A stretch of 63,981 nucleotides of DNA, filler included, from Malassezia furfur (Eukaryota), in NCBI GenBank assembly GCA_052055015.1. It is 6 parts of 6 records of this genome, joined end to end, with 100 filler letters (N's around TTAATTAATTAA, not from the genome) between each part and the next. Parts side by side here need not be neighbours in the genome. Positions count along the whole stretch, not along the records: positions 1 to 10,964 come from JBQJIT010000378.1; 5 more parts are not named here. One strand, written 5' to 3'. Position 1 is the first letter of the stretch, and each line of letters begins with the position of its first letter. The translations under genes and the position numbers were made by a program. Below, one piece after another: positions 1-11,064 of the stretch. Under the pieces are notes generated by a model. The model worked only from the letters and a program-made list of their open reading frames with translations. It had not been told where the DNA came from and ran no database searches.

Positions 1-2076
1 CTGCCGTTCATCTCGCCTGTATTACTCTCGACGTTTCCGCCGATTTCATGAAGGAGCCCTTCCACGCACCCTCCACCACTTGCCCCAGCGCACGGCCTGG
101 TGGAGATGCTTCCTCCACGTCCTCCACCGTCTGTGCGGCCACTTGCACATCATTGGGAACGGCCTGGGGAGCGCATTTCTGGTGTGAGTACCTCCTGAAT
201 CCGCTCCAGGACGCTCCCCTTGCCTCGCCAGGCGTTCCAGATCGGCTCCTGTCCTGGCATTGATGCCCCTACGCCCTCTCTCCCCTTAATTCCCACTCGA
301 TTCATGCCCCCACTTGCGTCTCACGCTTGGATCCCACCAATCTGCGCGCGCCCCTGCCCATGTTGACACTTCTACCATGCGCCTCATCTTGCTGCCAAGT
401 CCTCCTCCGCCGTTCCTGATTTGCTCCCACCTTGCGCTCACGCTCCTTGCTCGCCGCTCATTCGTCTCCAGCTCCTCCGCGTTGGGGACCCTCCCCCCCG
501 CCGCCTTACGTCAGATCTGTGTCGCCTCCTCATCATCTTTCCGCCAATCTCCTTGCGCGCCTTGCCGCGGTGCTGTCCCCCTTTTGCTGTCCACACGCGC
601 CTCGCCCGGGGCCATGCCGAGCCGCAGTCGCGCCGCGCCGCGTTGACGCGTCGCGCCTGGCTAGGGGCGCGCGGCCACCCTCCCCGTCTTTGCCACAGCA
701 GCCTCTTTGGGCTGGAGCAAATCCACGCGTGTGGCAAAAACAAAAACACCAGGCGCTACGCCTCGCTGGGGGCTCTCCTCGGCGCCGGCACGGCGTCGTC
801 CTCCCCCCTCGTGTAGCCTGTTAGCATAGTCTTCTCCTCCCCACACCCCCCTAAAGCGCTTGCTGTATTTCCGCCTGGTGCACTTGTCGCACCTTTGCAG
901 GCATTGCCGTGCTGTGCTGTGCGCTGTGGGTGCTGCCTACACGATCCAGCGGCGCGTTTCGAACGTTGGCTTGCCTTCGCTTTGCTTCCCTCGTAGCATG
1001 CAACAGCAGCTTGTCGTTACTCCAAAAATTGGATCCTTTTTGGGCTAAATGCCCATGCGGAGGGCTTGGGCGAGTGCGGAGAGTCGGACGTTCCTCCCGT
1101 ACCCAAGTACATCGTCATGGTCCAGCAGGCTCCATGCTGTGTGTGCATGTCAGACCTCAACACGTACCAGCAGGCTACGGGACACGGTTCGGCGTCTGGA
1201 TGCCTTTTCCGCGCACGGACGTTCCGCCTGCCAAACCGGTGGTGGCCTTTTGCCGCAAGCGACGTTGGCGTTGGGGGATACCCCTGCCGCCGCCATAGTG
1301 TCTCTTGGGACAGCAGCAAAACGAGTATGCTGCGCTCGTAGCGGCCGCACCACGGGTGCCCATCCGCCCCGACCCACCGCTGGGCGCTCCTCCGCCACGG
1401 CCCATGGCCGTGCGCGTGTAGGTGTTGAGGGAACACACCTCCATCGCCCCACCGCGTCCAAAAAAGAGAGAACTGCAGCATCCAGGATTCCCACGTGGTC
1501 CCCCACCGCAGTACTAACTAGACGATACCATGCTTAACTTCGCAGATCGGACGGGATACGGTGTTTTCATGGTTCTGTGGCCGCAGATGGGAGGGAAGGG
1601 CGTGCACACGGTGATAAAGGGATGCGCTCGGGGCGCGGCGCGGCGGGCGCGGCGCGCGGCGCGGGGGAGAGTGTACGGTCATATGTGCACAGGTTTAAGA
1701 AACGATGGTACACATCTAACTAATGATATATTTTTAGAATGGCGCGTGAGACCTTTGTGCACCTGTGTAGGAGATACGAGCCTGGTGCTTCTAGCTTGCT
1801 TCTGGCTTGTCTTGAGTACAGATTCCCTTGTTTAGTCACGGTTGTGTTCAGCCTTCGAGCCCCACCTTGGGTTCAACAAGCCAAGGTCATGGGGTTGTGG
1901 AGGTGGGCGTCATAAAACCATATCCGTGCCCCTAACATTCCCCAGATCATGAATGTAGAAATTCCCGCATTTTGCTTTGACGGGCTTTAAAAAGGGGGCT
2001 ACTTTCCTGGAGAGTAGTGCCCTGCTAAAGGCGCTTGTCAGACGTTTGGGAGCACTAAACACTTGGGCCAGCAGAT

Positions 2077-2910
2077 ATGTCAACAGCAGATGAGCAATCC
2101 CTGACGCGCTTTATGTCGCACGAAGAACACCAGACCGCAATTGGCGCGGCGCGTTTCGGCTATGGACCACTTGTGCACACCTCCCCCCGTGAACGCGCTG
2201 ACCTACTTCCGCCCTTCGGGGGTGAGATGCAGCCCGGTCTATACAAAAACGTGGAGAAACGCAAATTCGCCAACCCCGCACCACTTGGTCTCTCAGCCTT
2301 CGCGCTTACGACGTTCGTGCTTTCGTTGGTCAACCTTGGAACTCTTGGCCTAACCAACTCCTCGATCGTCATCCCTCTTGGCTTTGCTTATGGTGGCTTG
2401 CTCCAGCTTCTCGCGGGCATGTGGGAAATGGCCGTTGGTAATACGTTTGGTGCGACTGCGCTGTCTTCGTATGGCGGCTTTTGGATCTCCTTTGCTATTC
2501 TGCTCACGCCTGGCGGATTTCGTATTGAGGAGACGCTCGAGAGTACGGAAGGAACGCGGGGACTACTCGATAGCATCGGGTTGTTTCTCTTTGGCTGGTT
2601 CGTCCTTACGTCCATTCTTCTCCTTTGCACGCTGAAATCGACCGTGGCATTCTGCATGCTTTTCGTCCTTATGGACTGGACTTTCCTGTTGCTCGCAATT
2701 GCGTATGTCCGGAACGATGGACAGACACCGCACACAGGCTGTGTTCGAGCAGGTGGTGCCTTTGGCATCGTAACGGCTTTCCTTGCGTGGTACAATGCAT
2801 ACGCTGGTATTGCCAACGAAACAAACTCGTTCATGATTTTCCCTGTTCTCTACTTCCCTTGGACTGAGATGGGGCGGAAGCAGTGGGTTGTACAGAAGAA
2901 CGTTGCGTAA
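2077..2910 (+). CDS. ADY2: GPR1/FUN34/YaaH (AceTr) family acetate/ammonia transporter
   Basis: Intronless 277-aa ORF with the family signature FANPAPLGLSAFALTTFVLS, plus GNTFGATALSSYGGFW and about 6 hydrophobic helices. Confidence 0.92.
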   Translation: MSTADEQSLTRFMSHEEHQTAIGAARFGYGPLVHTSPRERADLLPPFGGEMQPGLYKNVEKRKFANPAPLGLSAFALTTFVLSLVNLGTLGLTNSSIVIPLGFAYGGLLQLLAGMWEMAVGNTFGATALSSYGGFWISFAILLTPGGFRIEETLESTEGTRGLLDSIGLFLFGWFVLTSILLLCTLKSTVAFCMLFVLMDWTFLLLAIAYVRNDGQTPHTGCVRAGGAFGIVTAFLAWYNAYAGIANETNSFMIFPVLYFPWTEMGRKQWVVQKNVA

Positions 2911-3024
2911 GTTACGAACTCTGGGGGGTGGTGGCTAGGTCAAATAGCTTGGACATAAGGGGCGCCATGGAAGAATGCTAGGATGTCATTTCTGCCGCGG
3001 TATGCCTGGCCGAAGGAGTCTCCC

Positions 3025-3444
3025 CTACGTGGGAGCGGCTCGTGGGTATTGCGGAAGACCGTCGTTGATGGTGACCCAATTGGGCATGTCCTCCACATAA
3101 AAGTGGAACACGGGCCTTGCATCGAGGTTGCCGTCGAGTGTTCCTGCGCGTATGCGGATTTCGTTCGGCTTGGAGACGTGCTCACTATGGATCGGTGAGC
3201 CGCATTTGCAGCAGAACTTGCGCAGCTTCCCAGGCGATGATTCGTACGAGGAAATGAGATTCGCCCCGCTTTGAATGTGAAAGTTGGATTTCGCAATGGG
3301 GATGTTGGCTGCAAACGCTGTGCCAGAAGACCTCTGGCATTGCTTACAGTGGCATAGTTGGATCTGCTGTAGGGCTTGTTCGACCGTGAACTGGACTCCG
3401 CCGCAAAGGCAATGCCCAGTGTACTTTGGCGGTCCCTCGGTCAT
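3025..3444 (-). CDS. GFA / CENP-V family Zn-binding protein (glutathione-dependent formaldehyde-activating enzyme-like)
   Basis: 139 aa, intronless. GHCLCG...CHCKQCQR...RKFCCKCGSP cysteine pattern of the GFA family. Confidence 0.9.
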   Translation of the reverse strand: MTEGPPKYTGHCLCGGVQFTVEQALQQIQLCHCKQCQRSSGTAFAANIPIAKSNFHIQSGANLISSYESSPGKLRKFCCKCGSPIHSEHVSKPNEIRIRAGTLDGNLDARPVFHFYVEDMPNWVTINDGLPQYPRAAPT

Positions 3445-3785
3445 GTCAGCGCGTCAGTCACGAGACCTGCCAGACAGACTTGGGCTCGTCGACGCAAATT
3501 CGACCAATTTCCCTCGTTGTGCTCAGCACGCCCCCCTTCACCGATCGGGCACGATCGGGCGGGTCAAATGATTTGACCGGTAAGGTGCTGCTGCCTGGCA
3601 CGCGTCAAATGCAAGTGGAGGCGCAGGTGCATAAATTGCTGCGCCTATTTCAGAAGGGGTGCGCACATGTCAACGTGCGTGCACACAGACCACTCTGGCC
3701 TGAGGTGCAGGACGAGCGAAATGGAGCTACAAATGGAGCGGGTTTGCCTGCAGGGCGCACTCTCATCGCCACTGCATCACCCAGG

Positions 3786-5339
3786 ATGGGAGACATTGTA
3801 ATTCCTGGCCCGGTGGCCGTGGACGACCGCACCATCTCCTGGAAAAAAGTCGGCTCCATCGCCGCTTGCGGCACGGCGCTCTTTGCTGATGGCTACGTGA
3901 ACAACTCGATCGGCCCGGTGAACACCATTTTCAAGTCGTACCTGTACAAGGGCATCATGACGACGCATCGGAGTCAAATTCTGACGGCCATTTCGTTTGT
4001 CGGCACGGTGGTCGGCATGCTCATCTTTGGCTATTTCTCCGATGCTGTCGGCCGCAAGAGTGGTATGATCATCGCGACGCTTATCATCATCGTCTTCTCC
4101 GGTCTGTCCGCCGGCTCGTACTACAAAGGCGACGTGGGCGGCATGATCGACATGCTGACCGCCTGGCGTTTCTTCACGGGTGTCGGTATCGGAGCCGAAT
4201 ACCCCACCGGCTCGGTCGCTGCGGCGGAGCAGTCGGAGGAGCTGCCTAAGCGCTGGCAGCATGGGCCGTTCATCATGGTGACCAACTTTGCACTATGCCT
4301 TGGCTCGGTGTGTGCCAACATGGTACCGTTTATTCTCGTGCTCATCTGCACGTCGGACCACTTGCGCCTCGTCTGGCGTCTGCAGCTCGGCCTGGTGATT
4401 GTGCCATGCCTGCTTGTCCTGCCCTTCCGCTTCATTCTCAAACAGCCGCGGCTGTACGTCAACGGCGCTATCAAGCCCAAGAAGATCCCGTACCGCCTTG
4501 TGCTCCGGTACTACTGGTTCCGCCTGTCGATCATTTCGATCGTGTGGTTCATCTACGACTTTATCGTTTTCCCCTTCAACCTATTCTCTTCGCTGCTTGT
4601 CAAGGACGTGCTGGGCAGCGGCGCGGCGTTCTGGCGCGTCTTTGGCTGGAACGCGCTGATTACGGCGCTCGGCCTGCCTGGCGCGATTGCGGGCGCCTAC
4701 TTTGCGGACGTGATTGGCCCCAAGCGGACCTTCATGGTGGCTCTCACGCTGCAAATCATTATTGGGTTCATCATGGCGGGCCTGTTCTCACGCCTCCGTG
4801 CACACATCGCCGCGTTCGTCGTGGTCTATGGTCTGTTCCAGTCGATGGGCCAGATGGGCCCAGGTAGCAACCTGGGTCTGCTTGCCTCCAAGTCGTGCGC
4901 GACGTGTGTCAAGGGCCAATTCTACGGCATTGCTGCGGCGGTCGGCAAGATTGGCGCGTTTGCTGGCACCTACGCTTTCCAGGACCTCCAGGGACACTGG
5001 GAGGACGCCAAAGGCAACCCCACCAACAACCTGTTCTACACGGCACCCTTCTTCCTGGCCGCAGCGCTCGCATGCCTGTCCCTTACCCTGCTCACGCTGT
5101 TCATCAAAGAGCGCAACTCGGACTGCCAGCTCAACGAAGACGTCGATTTCAAGCGCTTTTTGGCTGAGCATGGCTACGATCTCTCGCAGATGGGCCGCCT
5201 CAGCGATGTCGACTCGGAGGATGTGGTGCTGGAAGGTACCGAAGAAAAGAAGCTGGACTCGCCGACTGCGGCGTTTGACTCGCCAACCTGGGCGGAGGCC
5301 TCGACTCCTGCTCCCCCCCCCCTATTCACGACCTCATGA
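3786..5339 (+). CDS. GIT1: GIT1-like MFS glycerophosphodiester permease, divergent copy 1
   Basis: ATG at 3786 (MGDIVIPG) aligns with the N-terminus of the neighbouring paralog. Motifs GTALFADGYVNN, FGYFSDAVGRKSG, GIGAEYPTGSV, GQFYGIAAAVGKIGAF; about 12 TM segments. Confidence 0.85.
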   Translation: MGDIVIPGPVAVDDRTISWKKVGSIAACGTALFADGYVNNSIGPVNTIFKSYLYKGIMTTHRSQILTAISFVGTVVGMLIFGYFSDAVGRKSGMIIATLIIIVFSGLSAGSYYKGDVGGMIDMLTAWRFFTGVGIGAEYPTGSVAAAEQSEELPKRWQHGPFIMVTNFALCLGSVCANMVPFILVLICTSDHLRLVWRLQLGLVIVPCLLVLPFRFILKQPRLYVNGAIKPKKIPYRLVLRYYWFRLSIISIVWFIYDFIVFPFNLFSSLLVKDVLGSGAAFWRVFGWNALITALGLPGAIAGAYFADVIGPKRTFMVALTLQIIIGFIMAGLFSRLRAHIAAFVVVYGLFQSMGQMGPGSNLGLLASKSCATCVKGQFYGIAAAVGKIGAFAGTYAFQDLQGHWEDAKGNPTNNLFYTAPFFLAAALACLSLTLLTLFIKERNSDCQLNEDVDFKRFLAEHGYDLSQMGRLSDVDSEDVVLEGTEEKKLDSPTAAFDSPTWAEASTPAPPPLFTTS

Positions 5340-5896
5340 AGTAAAAATAAAAAAGCCGTGTGGACTGACAGGTTATGCTATGCAAGGGATACGCAAAAAT
5401 TGACATGGACGCGAACTTCGCCTGACGTTCCTAGAATTCGCTCGCTATAGAAAAAAGACCAGCCTACTCCGCATGAATGGCGCGACACGTGCCCATCGTA
5501 ACTATTAGCAAGGGATGACACGAGCGGTGGGCGCAGTCACTCGCTCTCCCATCGCAGCGAATCTAGCCTGTCGCGTCCACCGCTTGTATCAGCGCGTGGC
5601 TTATCGCTGGGCTCTGCGGATACTCCACTGGGGGCGCCGGCTGCGTAGCCAATCCCCGCACACGGGCGCATCTGATTCGCAGATCCAAATAAACTTTTTT
5701 TGTAATACTCATGCATCAATAGTGTCCACCTGTGCTGCGCGACCTGCGTCAACAGTCGCACGTGCACACGAATGCATGAAGGCAGGCACGAGCGCACTTC
5801 GCGATTTAGGGAGGGGCCGGGGCCGGGGGGCCGGAGAGCCATTACAAAGCGTGCGCGTCAATTCCACCCCTCCCAGCCTTCGCGACTCTTCCCAAG

Positions 5897-7525
5897 ATGT
5901 CTGACGGTGCAAGTCCAGGGAATATCATCACTGCCATTGATCGCAAGTTCACATGGAAGAAGTTTGGCACTATCATTGCATGCGGCGCGGCCCTCTTCTC
6001 CGACGGGTATGTCAACAACTCGATGGGTGTCGTCAACACCCTGCTCAAGAAGCGGCTATACCCCGAGGTGTTCCAGACCTCGAATCGCTCCGAGGTGATG
6101 TCGTCCATTGTGTTCGCTGGCACGGTCGTTGGCATGCTTATCTTCGGTTATTTCTCGGATGTGGTGGGCCGCAAGAGCGGCATGATTGTTGCGACGCTGA
6201 TCGTCCTTGTGTTCACCGCACTGTCGGCTGGCTCCTACTACCATGGATCGGCTGCCCAAATGGTGGATATCCTCATTGCATGGCGTTTCTTTACCGGTAT
6301 CGGTATCGGTGCGGAGTACCCCACGGGCTCCGTGGCCGCCGCCGAAAAGACGGAGGAGATGCCGAAGAACTTCCAGCATGGCCCGTTCATTTTTGTGACC
6401 AACTTTGCGATTGATATGGGCTTCGTCACGGCAGCGTTCATGGGTGTGCTTCTCGTGTGGATCTGTGGCCAGAACCACGAGCGTCTGATCTGGCGTCTGG
6501 TGCTTGGTCTGGGTGTGGTGCCCTGCTTGATTGTGCTGCCATTCCGTCTGGTGATGGAGCAGTCCAAGTCCTACCAGAAGGGTGCCATCAAGTTCAACAA
6601 GATCCCCTACGGCCTGATCCTGAAGCGCTACTGGTTCCGCCTGCTGATGATCTCGCTGGTGTGGTTCATCTACGACTTTATCAGCTACCCCTTCGGCATC
6701 TACTCTTCGATTATCACCGACAGCCTCAGTGACAAGAACAACCTGGTGCAAGTCTTTGGATGGAGCACGGTGATCAACTGCTTCTACCTTCCCGGCTCGT
6801 TTTTGGGCGCCGTGATTGTCGACCGTGTCGGACCGAAGAAGACGATGATGGCGGGTCTCATTTTGCAGATCATCATTGGTTACATCATGTCGGGCATTTT
6901 CCCTCACCTCAAAGACCACATCGCCGCCTTCTGTGTGGTGTATGGCCTCTTCCTGACATTTGGCGAGATGGGCCCCGGCGACAATCTCGGTCTGCTTGCC
7001 TCCAAGTCGTGTGCGACGGCGTGCAAGGGCCAGTTCTACGGTATCGCCGCGGCCATTGGCAAGATTGGCGCTTTCGGCGGCACCTATGCGTTCCCTGTGC
7101 TGCAGGCGCACTGGGAGGACGCGGATGGCAACGCGACCGACAACCGGTACTACACCGCCCCCTTCTACCTGGGCACGTCGCTTGCCGTTGTTTCGCTGAT
7201 CCTCGTGACCTTCTTCATCCAGGAGCGCGACGCCGACTGCCAGGCGCGCGAGGACGCCGAGTTTGCCGAGTATCTCCGCGCGAACGGCTTTGACATGTCG
7301 TACATGGGCCGCGACGACAAGATCGCCACCGACGAGCTCGCCGAGGCGTACGATGACAAGCTCTCGGACGAGAAGCACGGCGTCACGCGCGACTACACGC
7401 AGGGCGACTCGCCCTCCAACCCGTTTGAGGTGCACGAGGAGTACGAGAATGGCCACCCCCACCACGGGGCGCACGGGACGTACATCCCTCAGGGCTACAC
7501 CGCCTACGCTCCGAACCCCGCGTAA
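5897..7525 (+). CDS. GIT1: GIT1-like MFS glycerophosphodiester permease, copy 2
   Basis: 542-aa ORF with GAALFSDGYVNN, GIGAEYPTGSVAA, WFIYDFISYPFGIYS and GEMGPGDNLGLLASK. Confidence 0.9.
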   Translation: MSDGASPGNIITAIDRKFTWKKFGTIIACGAALFSDGYVNNSMGVVNTLLKKRLYPEVFQTSNRSEVMSSIVFAGTVVGMLIFGYFSDVVGRKSGMIVATLIVLVFTALSAGSYYHGSAAQMVDILIAWRFFTGIGIGAEYPTGSVAAAEKTEEMPKNFQHGPFIFVTNFAIDMGFVTAAFMGVLLVWICGQNHERLIWRLVLGLGVVPCLIVLPFRLVMEQSKSYQKGAIKFNKIPYGLILKRYWFRLLMISLVWFIYDFISYPFGIYSSIITDSLSDKNNLVQVFGWSTVINCFYLPGSFLGAVIVDRVGPKKTMMAGLILQIIIGYIMSGIFPHLKDHIAAFCVVYGLFLTFGEMGPGDNLGLLASKSCATACKGQFYGIAAAIGKIGAFGGTYAFPVLQAHWEDADGNATDNRYYTAPFYLGTSLAVVSLILVTFFIQERDADCQAREDAEFAEYLRANGFDMSYMGRDDKIATDELAEAYDDKLSDEKHGVTRDYTQGDSPSNPFEVHEEYENGHPHHGAHGTYIPQGYTAYAPNPA

Positions 7526-7700
7526 GGCAGCGGCGCAGGGCGCACTGCAGCACGTTTTCTTTTCTTCGCATCCCCAAATCCAAAAAGAACCGATGGCTTG
7601 GTCCATCGGCCCCGGCGCACGAGGGCGCTTGGCTTCGTAGTATAAGGTAATCTAATGTGGAGAGTATGGCATACGACTAGTGTACAACGGACGGACGCGA

Positions 7701-9570
7701 CTACCCCCGCCCGCGCCCCCCGCCGGTCAGGATGAGCTTGGGCTTGCGTTTCTGGCCCTTGGCGTTGGGCGCGCGCTGCTGCGCCGGCTCGGTGGCCGTG
7801 TCGTGCTGCGACCCGTGCGCCTGCTCCAGGGCGCTCCATGCGTCGTCGAAGCGCTGGGCATCGGCACCAAGCGCCTCGCCGCCCGCGCTCGGCGCCGCAG
7901 GCGTGCCCCACACCGTCTTGTGCGTCGAGGCGGCCGGGCGCTGCGGCACACTCGGCAGCGGCACCCCAAACGCCGCGTCGTCCTCCACGTCGGCGCCCGG
8001 ATGCCGCGGGAAGTACATCTCGGCGCCGACCATGGCCGACTCGCGGAAGGACATGGCGGCCTCGGCGCCCGCCCACTCGTCTCCGTGCGGCCCGTGCGGC
8101 GCGACCGGCGGCGCGGCCTGCTTCTCGGCCTTGGCCCGTGCGCGCTCCTCGCGGTGGTGCTTTTCGTGGTGCCGCTGGCGCCGCTGGCGAAGCATGGTCT
8201 CGAACGGCGCGTAGTGGATCTCGCCCTGCGTCGCGGCAAAGCGCGCCGCGGTCTGGGGCCAGTCGACCTCGAGGAAGGTCACGTCGGACGACATGGGCAG
8301 GTGCGCAATGTACTTGCACTTGCGCCGCAGCTGCTCGTCCATCGTGCCCTCCTCGGCGTGCTGGATGACGATCCGCAGCGTGTCTGGGAAGCGCGCATAC
8401 GCGCCAAAGTGCGCGAGCAGCACCTTGACGTCGAGCGGGTGCAGGAACACATTCTGCCCCGACGCCGCCTGGTAGAAGTAGTAGGCGTCGGCCTGCGTCG
8501 GCGCCGCATGCGCCGACTGCGCCGCATGCTCGACCGCATTGCGCGCCGCCTGCACACGGCGCAGCGGGGGCGCCTCGAGCTGCACACGCACCTGCGCCAT
8601 CTGCTCGCCGAGCTTCTCGCGCGCGACGCGCAAAAACTCGACGCTGAGCTCGTCGGGCGCGTATGCACGCAGCGCCACGATCTCCTCGTCGATCTCGGCG
8701 ACGTCGCGCTCCAGCGACGCGAGCAGCAGCTCGGGCGTCGCCAGCACCACGCGCGAGAAGACGAGCGCATCCGGCTGGAAGCTATAAATGCCCTCGGGGC
8801 GCGCGGCAGCGGGCCACGTCGCGGAGCGCGGCAGCGCGAATGCCGTGCCGTGCGGGCGCTCGATCAGGCGCAGCGTGAGCTCGGGCGCGCCGGGCGCCGC
8901 CCCGCCGTCTTCCGCAGACTGGGCGGCGAGGTAGGACGCCGTGAACGTCTGCGCCGTGCGCCGTGCGTCGATCCAGTGCACCGCCTTGAGGTCGCGTGCG
9001 TGCACCTCGTCCCAGCAGATGGGGCACCGCTTGCTGTGCCGGTGGCTCAGCACGCCACGCGGCCGGGGACCGTCCTCGGCGACGATGAGGTAGTGCAGGA
9101 TGCATGCGTAGCAGAACACATGCCCACACCGGGTCATGCGCGGCGCGCTCGGCGCCGACAGGCAGATGGGGCAGTTGGTGTCGCTGTGCGCGTTGGGCAG
9201 GTCGCTCGTTGCGCACACAAGCACCTGCTCGATGTCGGCCCAGGGCAGCGGCGCATCGGCGTCGGCGATTTGGGCGGTGCAGTCGTACGTCGGCTTCATC
9301 ACGAAGCGGTACTGCGCATTGACGTAGCCTGTGTGAGTCGCGCTCTGACGTACGCTCGCGGTTGAACGGGCGGTGGTCGTGGCGGCGCGCACGCCGCGGC
9401 CCGCCGGGCGCCGGCGCGCGGGGAGGCAAGGTGAAGGCGAGCAGCTGTGTGAGTGGCGGCGCGCGACGTACGTGGTTGAGCGACTGCGCGCGCTTCTTGC
9501 TGCCCTGCCGCCCGCCATGAGCGGCGTCGTGCGGCGTGGTGTGCGCATCGCGGCGGTTCGTGCCCGCCAT
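7701..9570 (-). CDS. MAG2: C3HC4 RING E3 ligase, RNF10/Mag2 family
   Basis: Introns 9445-9471 (27 nt) and 9329-9353 (25 nt). Splicing gives QSLNHLLAFTLPPR and FNRERYVNAQYRF. RING motif CPICL..CGHVFCYAC..CPIC; YYFYQAASGQNVFLHPLD. Confidence 0.85.
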
Positions 9571-9638
9571 TGCGTGCTCGGTCGTCGTCGACGTCGCCGG
9601 CGTCGCTACGGACCACGTGGGCAAGCACGTGGAGGTGG

Positions 9639-10964
9639 CTACAGGAGGCCCTGCCGCTTGAGCAGCTCGTAGGTCTTGCGGGTATACGCCTGGGTCAGTG
9701 CGCCACGTACGTTGCCGTGCTCGTCCTCGATCTCCTCCGTGTCGCCATCGTCGACCTGCTCGAGCTTCTGCTGCTGCTTGAGCTTGTCGTACACTGGGTG
9801 AGAGAGGCAAGTACGTACGCGCAAACGCATCCTGGATCCGCGTCACGTCGCGGAACTGCACCGTGTTGGGCAGGCCAAGCGCGCGCATCCCAAACGTGTG
9901 CCGCGCCTCGGAAAAGTGCTTCTCAAACACCTTGCGCCCGCGGTACACATGGTCCGAGCAGATCTCGCACTTGTACTCCACCGACAGGCCCTGCAGCTTG
10001 TACATCCAAAAGGGGATCGGCTTGCCGTCCCACCCGAGCGGCAGCTTCAGCGGGTTGTGCACCTTTTCAGTGACGTCGTGGTCGCGCACCGCTTTCTCAA
10101 TCGCCCGCTCGTAGCCCATCCCGCCCGTCGCCATCGCCTCTTCCTGCTCGGCCTCGAGCGCTTCCGCCTCGTCCTGCCGCTCGCGGTCGGTGAGGGCGGC
10201 CTTGCGCTCGATGTTGGACCGCGTGTCCTCGCGGACACTTGCGAGCACCTTGGCCAGCGCCTGCACCACCACCTCGTCGCGTGCAAGTGCCTTGGCCCGC
10301 GCGACGCGCTTGGCCTGCTCGAGCGCCGCGTCGGGGCGCTTGGGCGGCGCGCGCGGCGCCTCGCGCTTGGCCGCGAGGGCTGCGAGCTTCTGGTGCCGCG
10401 CCGAGGTGAGGTGCGCGTCAAAGACGGTCTGCTTCGCATAGCTCCGCTGGCACACCTCGCACCAGATGCCGCCGCCGGCATCCGACGTGGCCTTGTCGGG
10501 GAACAGCGCGTGCTCCTTTGCCTCCCAGCCCGGCACCGTGCCGCGGTCCCAGTTGGACTCGAAAAACTCGGCCGCATGGATTTCGGGCGCATCCATGTCC
10601 TCGAGCGGCCGCGTCTTGTGCAGAAAGGCGGAGAGGTAGTGCCGCAGGCTCACGATGTACGTATGGTAGGCCTCAGTGCGCTTGGTTGATGCCGGAGCGC
10701 CCGCATCCGCGCCGCACATGCGGTCGAGGCGCGCGAGGTACTCGAGGTAGCTGATGCGCTCGACCCCTTTGAGGTTGATATACATTTCGTACTGCTCGTA
10801 CAGGTCCAAAAAGCGCCCGCTCATTTCCTCGCCGCTGAACTCTCGGTCCATCATCCCGACATCCGACATGAGCTCCTCGCCGCGCGCGAGGATCGACGGC
10901 GTGGCCGTAGTCTGCAGCGCGACGGCATTTTCGGGGTATCGCTTGTAGTAGTCCTGCACCTTGC
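9639..10964 (-). CDS. PRP9: SF3a subunit 3 (Prp9/SF3A3), 5'-truncated at the contig end
   Basis: NPLKLPLGWDGKPIPFWMYKLQGL..CEIC..H..H zinc finger. Introns 9794-9818 (25 nt) and 9690-9710 (21 nt) restore the C-terminus EDEHGNAYTRKTYELLKRQGLL*. Confidence 0.95.
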
Positions 10965-11064
10965 NNNNNNNNNNNNNNNNNNNNNNNNNNNNNNNNNNNN
11001 NNNNNNNNTTAATTAATTAANNNNNNNNNNNNNNNNNNNNNNNNNNNNNNNNNNNNNNNNNNNN
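10965..11064. other. Artificial contig-joining linker
   Basis: 44 N + TTAATTAATTAA (stops in all six frames) + 44 N. Confidence 0.98.

Noticed and set aside
48..1835. Short ORFs in the first 2 kb
   Set aside because: No recognisable motifs or splice-restorable frame, so I cannot support a gene or transposon call.
6056..7606. Long antisense ORFs (also 7680-9365, 31636-33015, 36755-37714, 60709-62463)
   Set aside because: Shadow frames expected opposite GC3-rich genes; no recognisable domains.
8782..10959. 725-aa PRP9 ORF seemingly fused to downstream sequence
   Set aside because: Caused by an unspliced 25-nt intron. Splicing ends PRP9 at 9639 and MAG2 is a separate gene.
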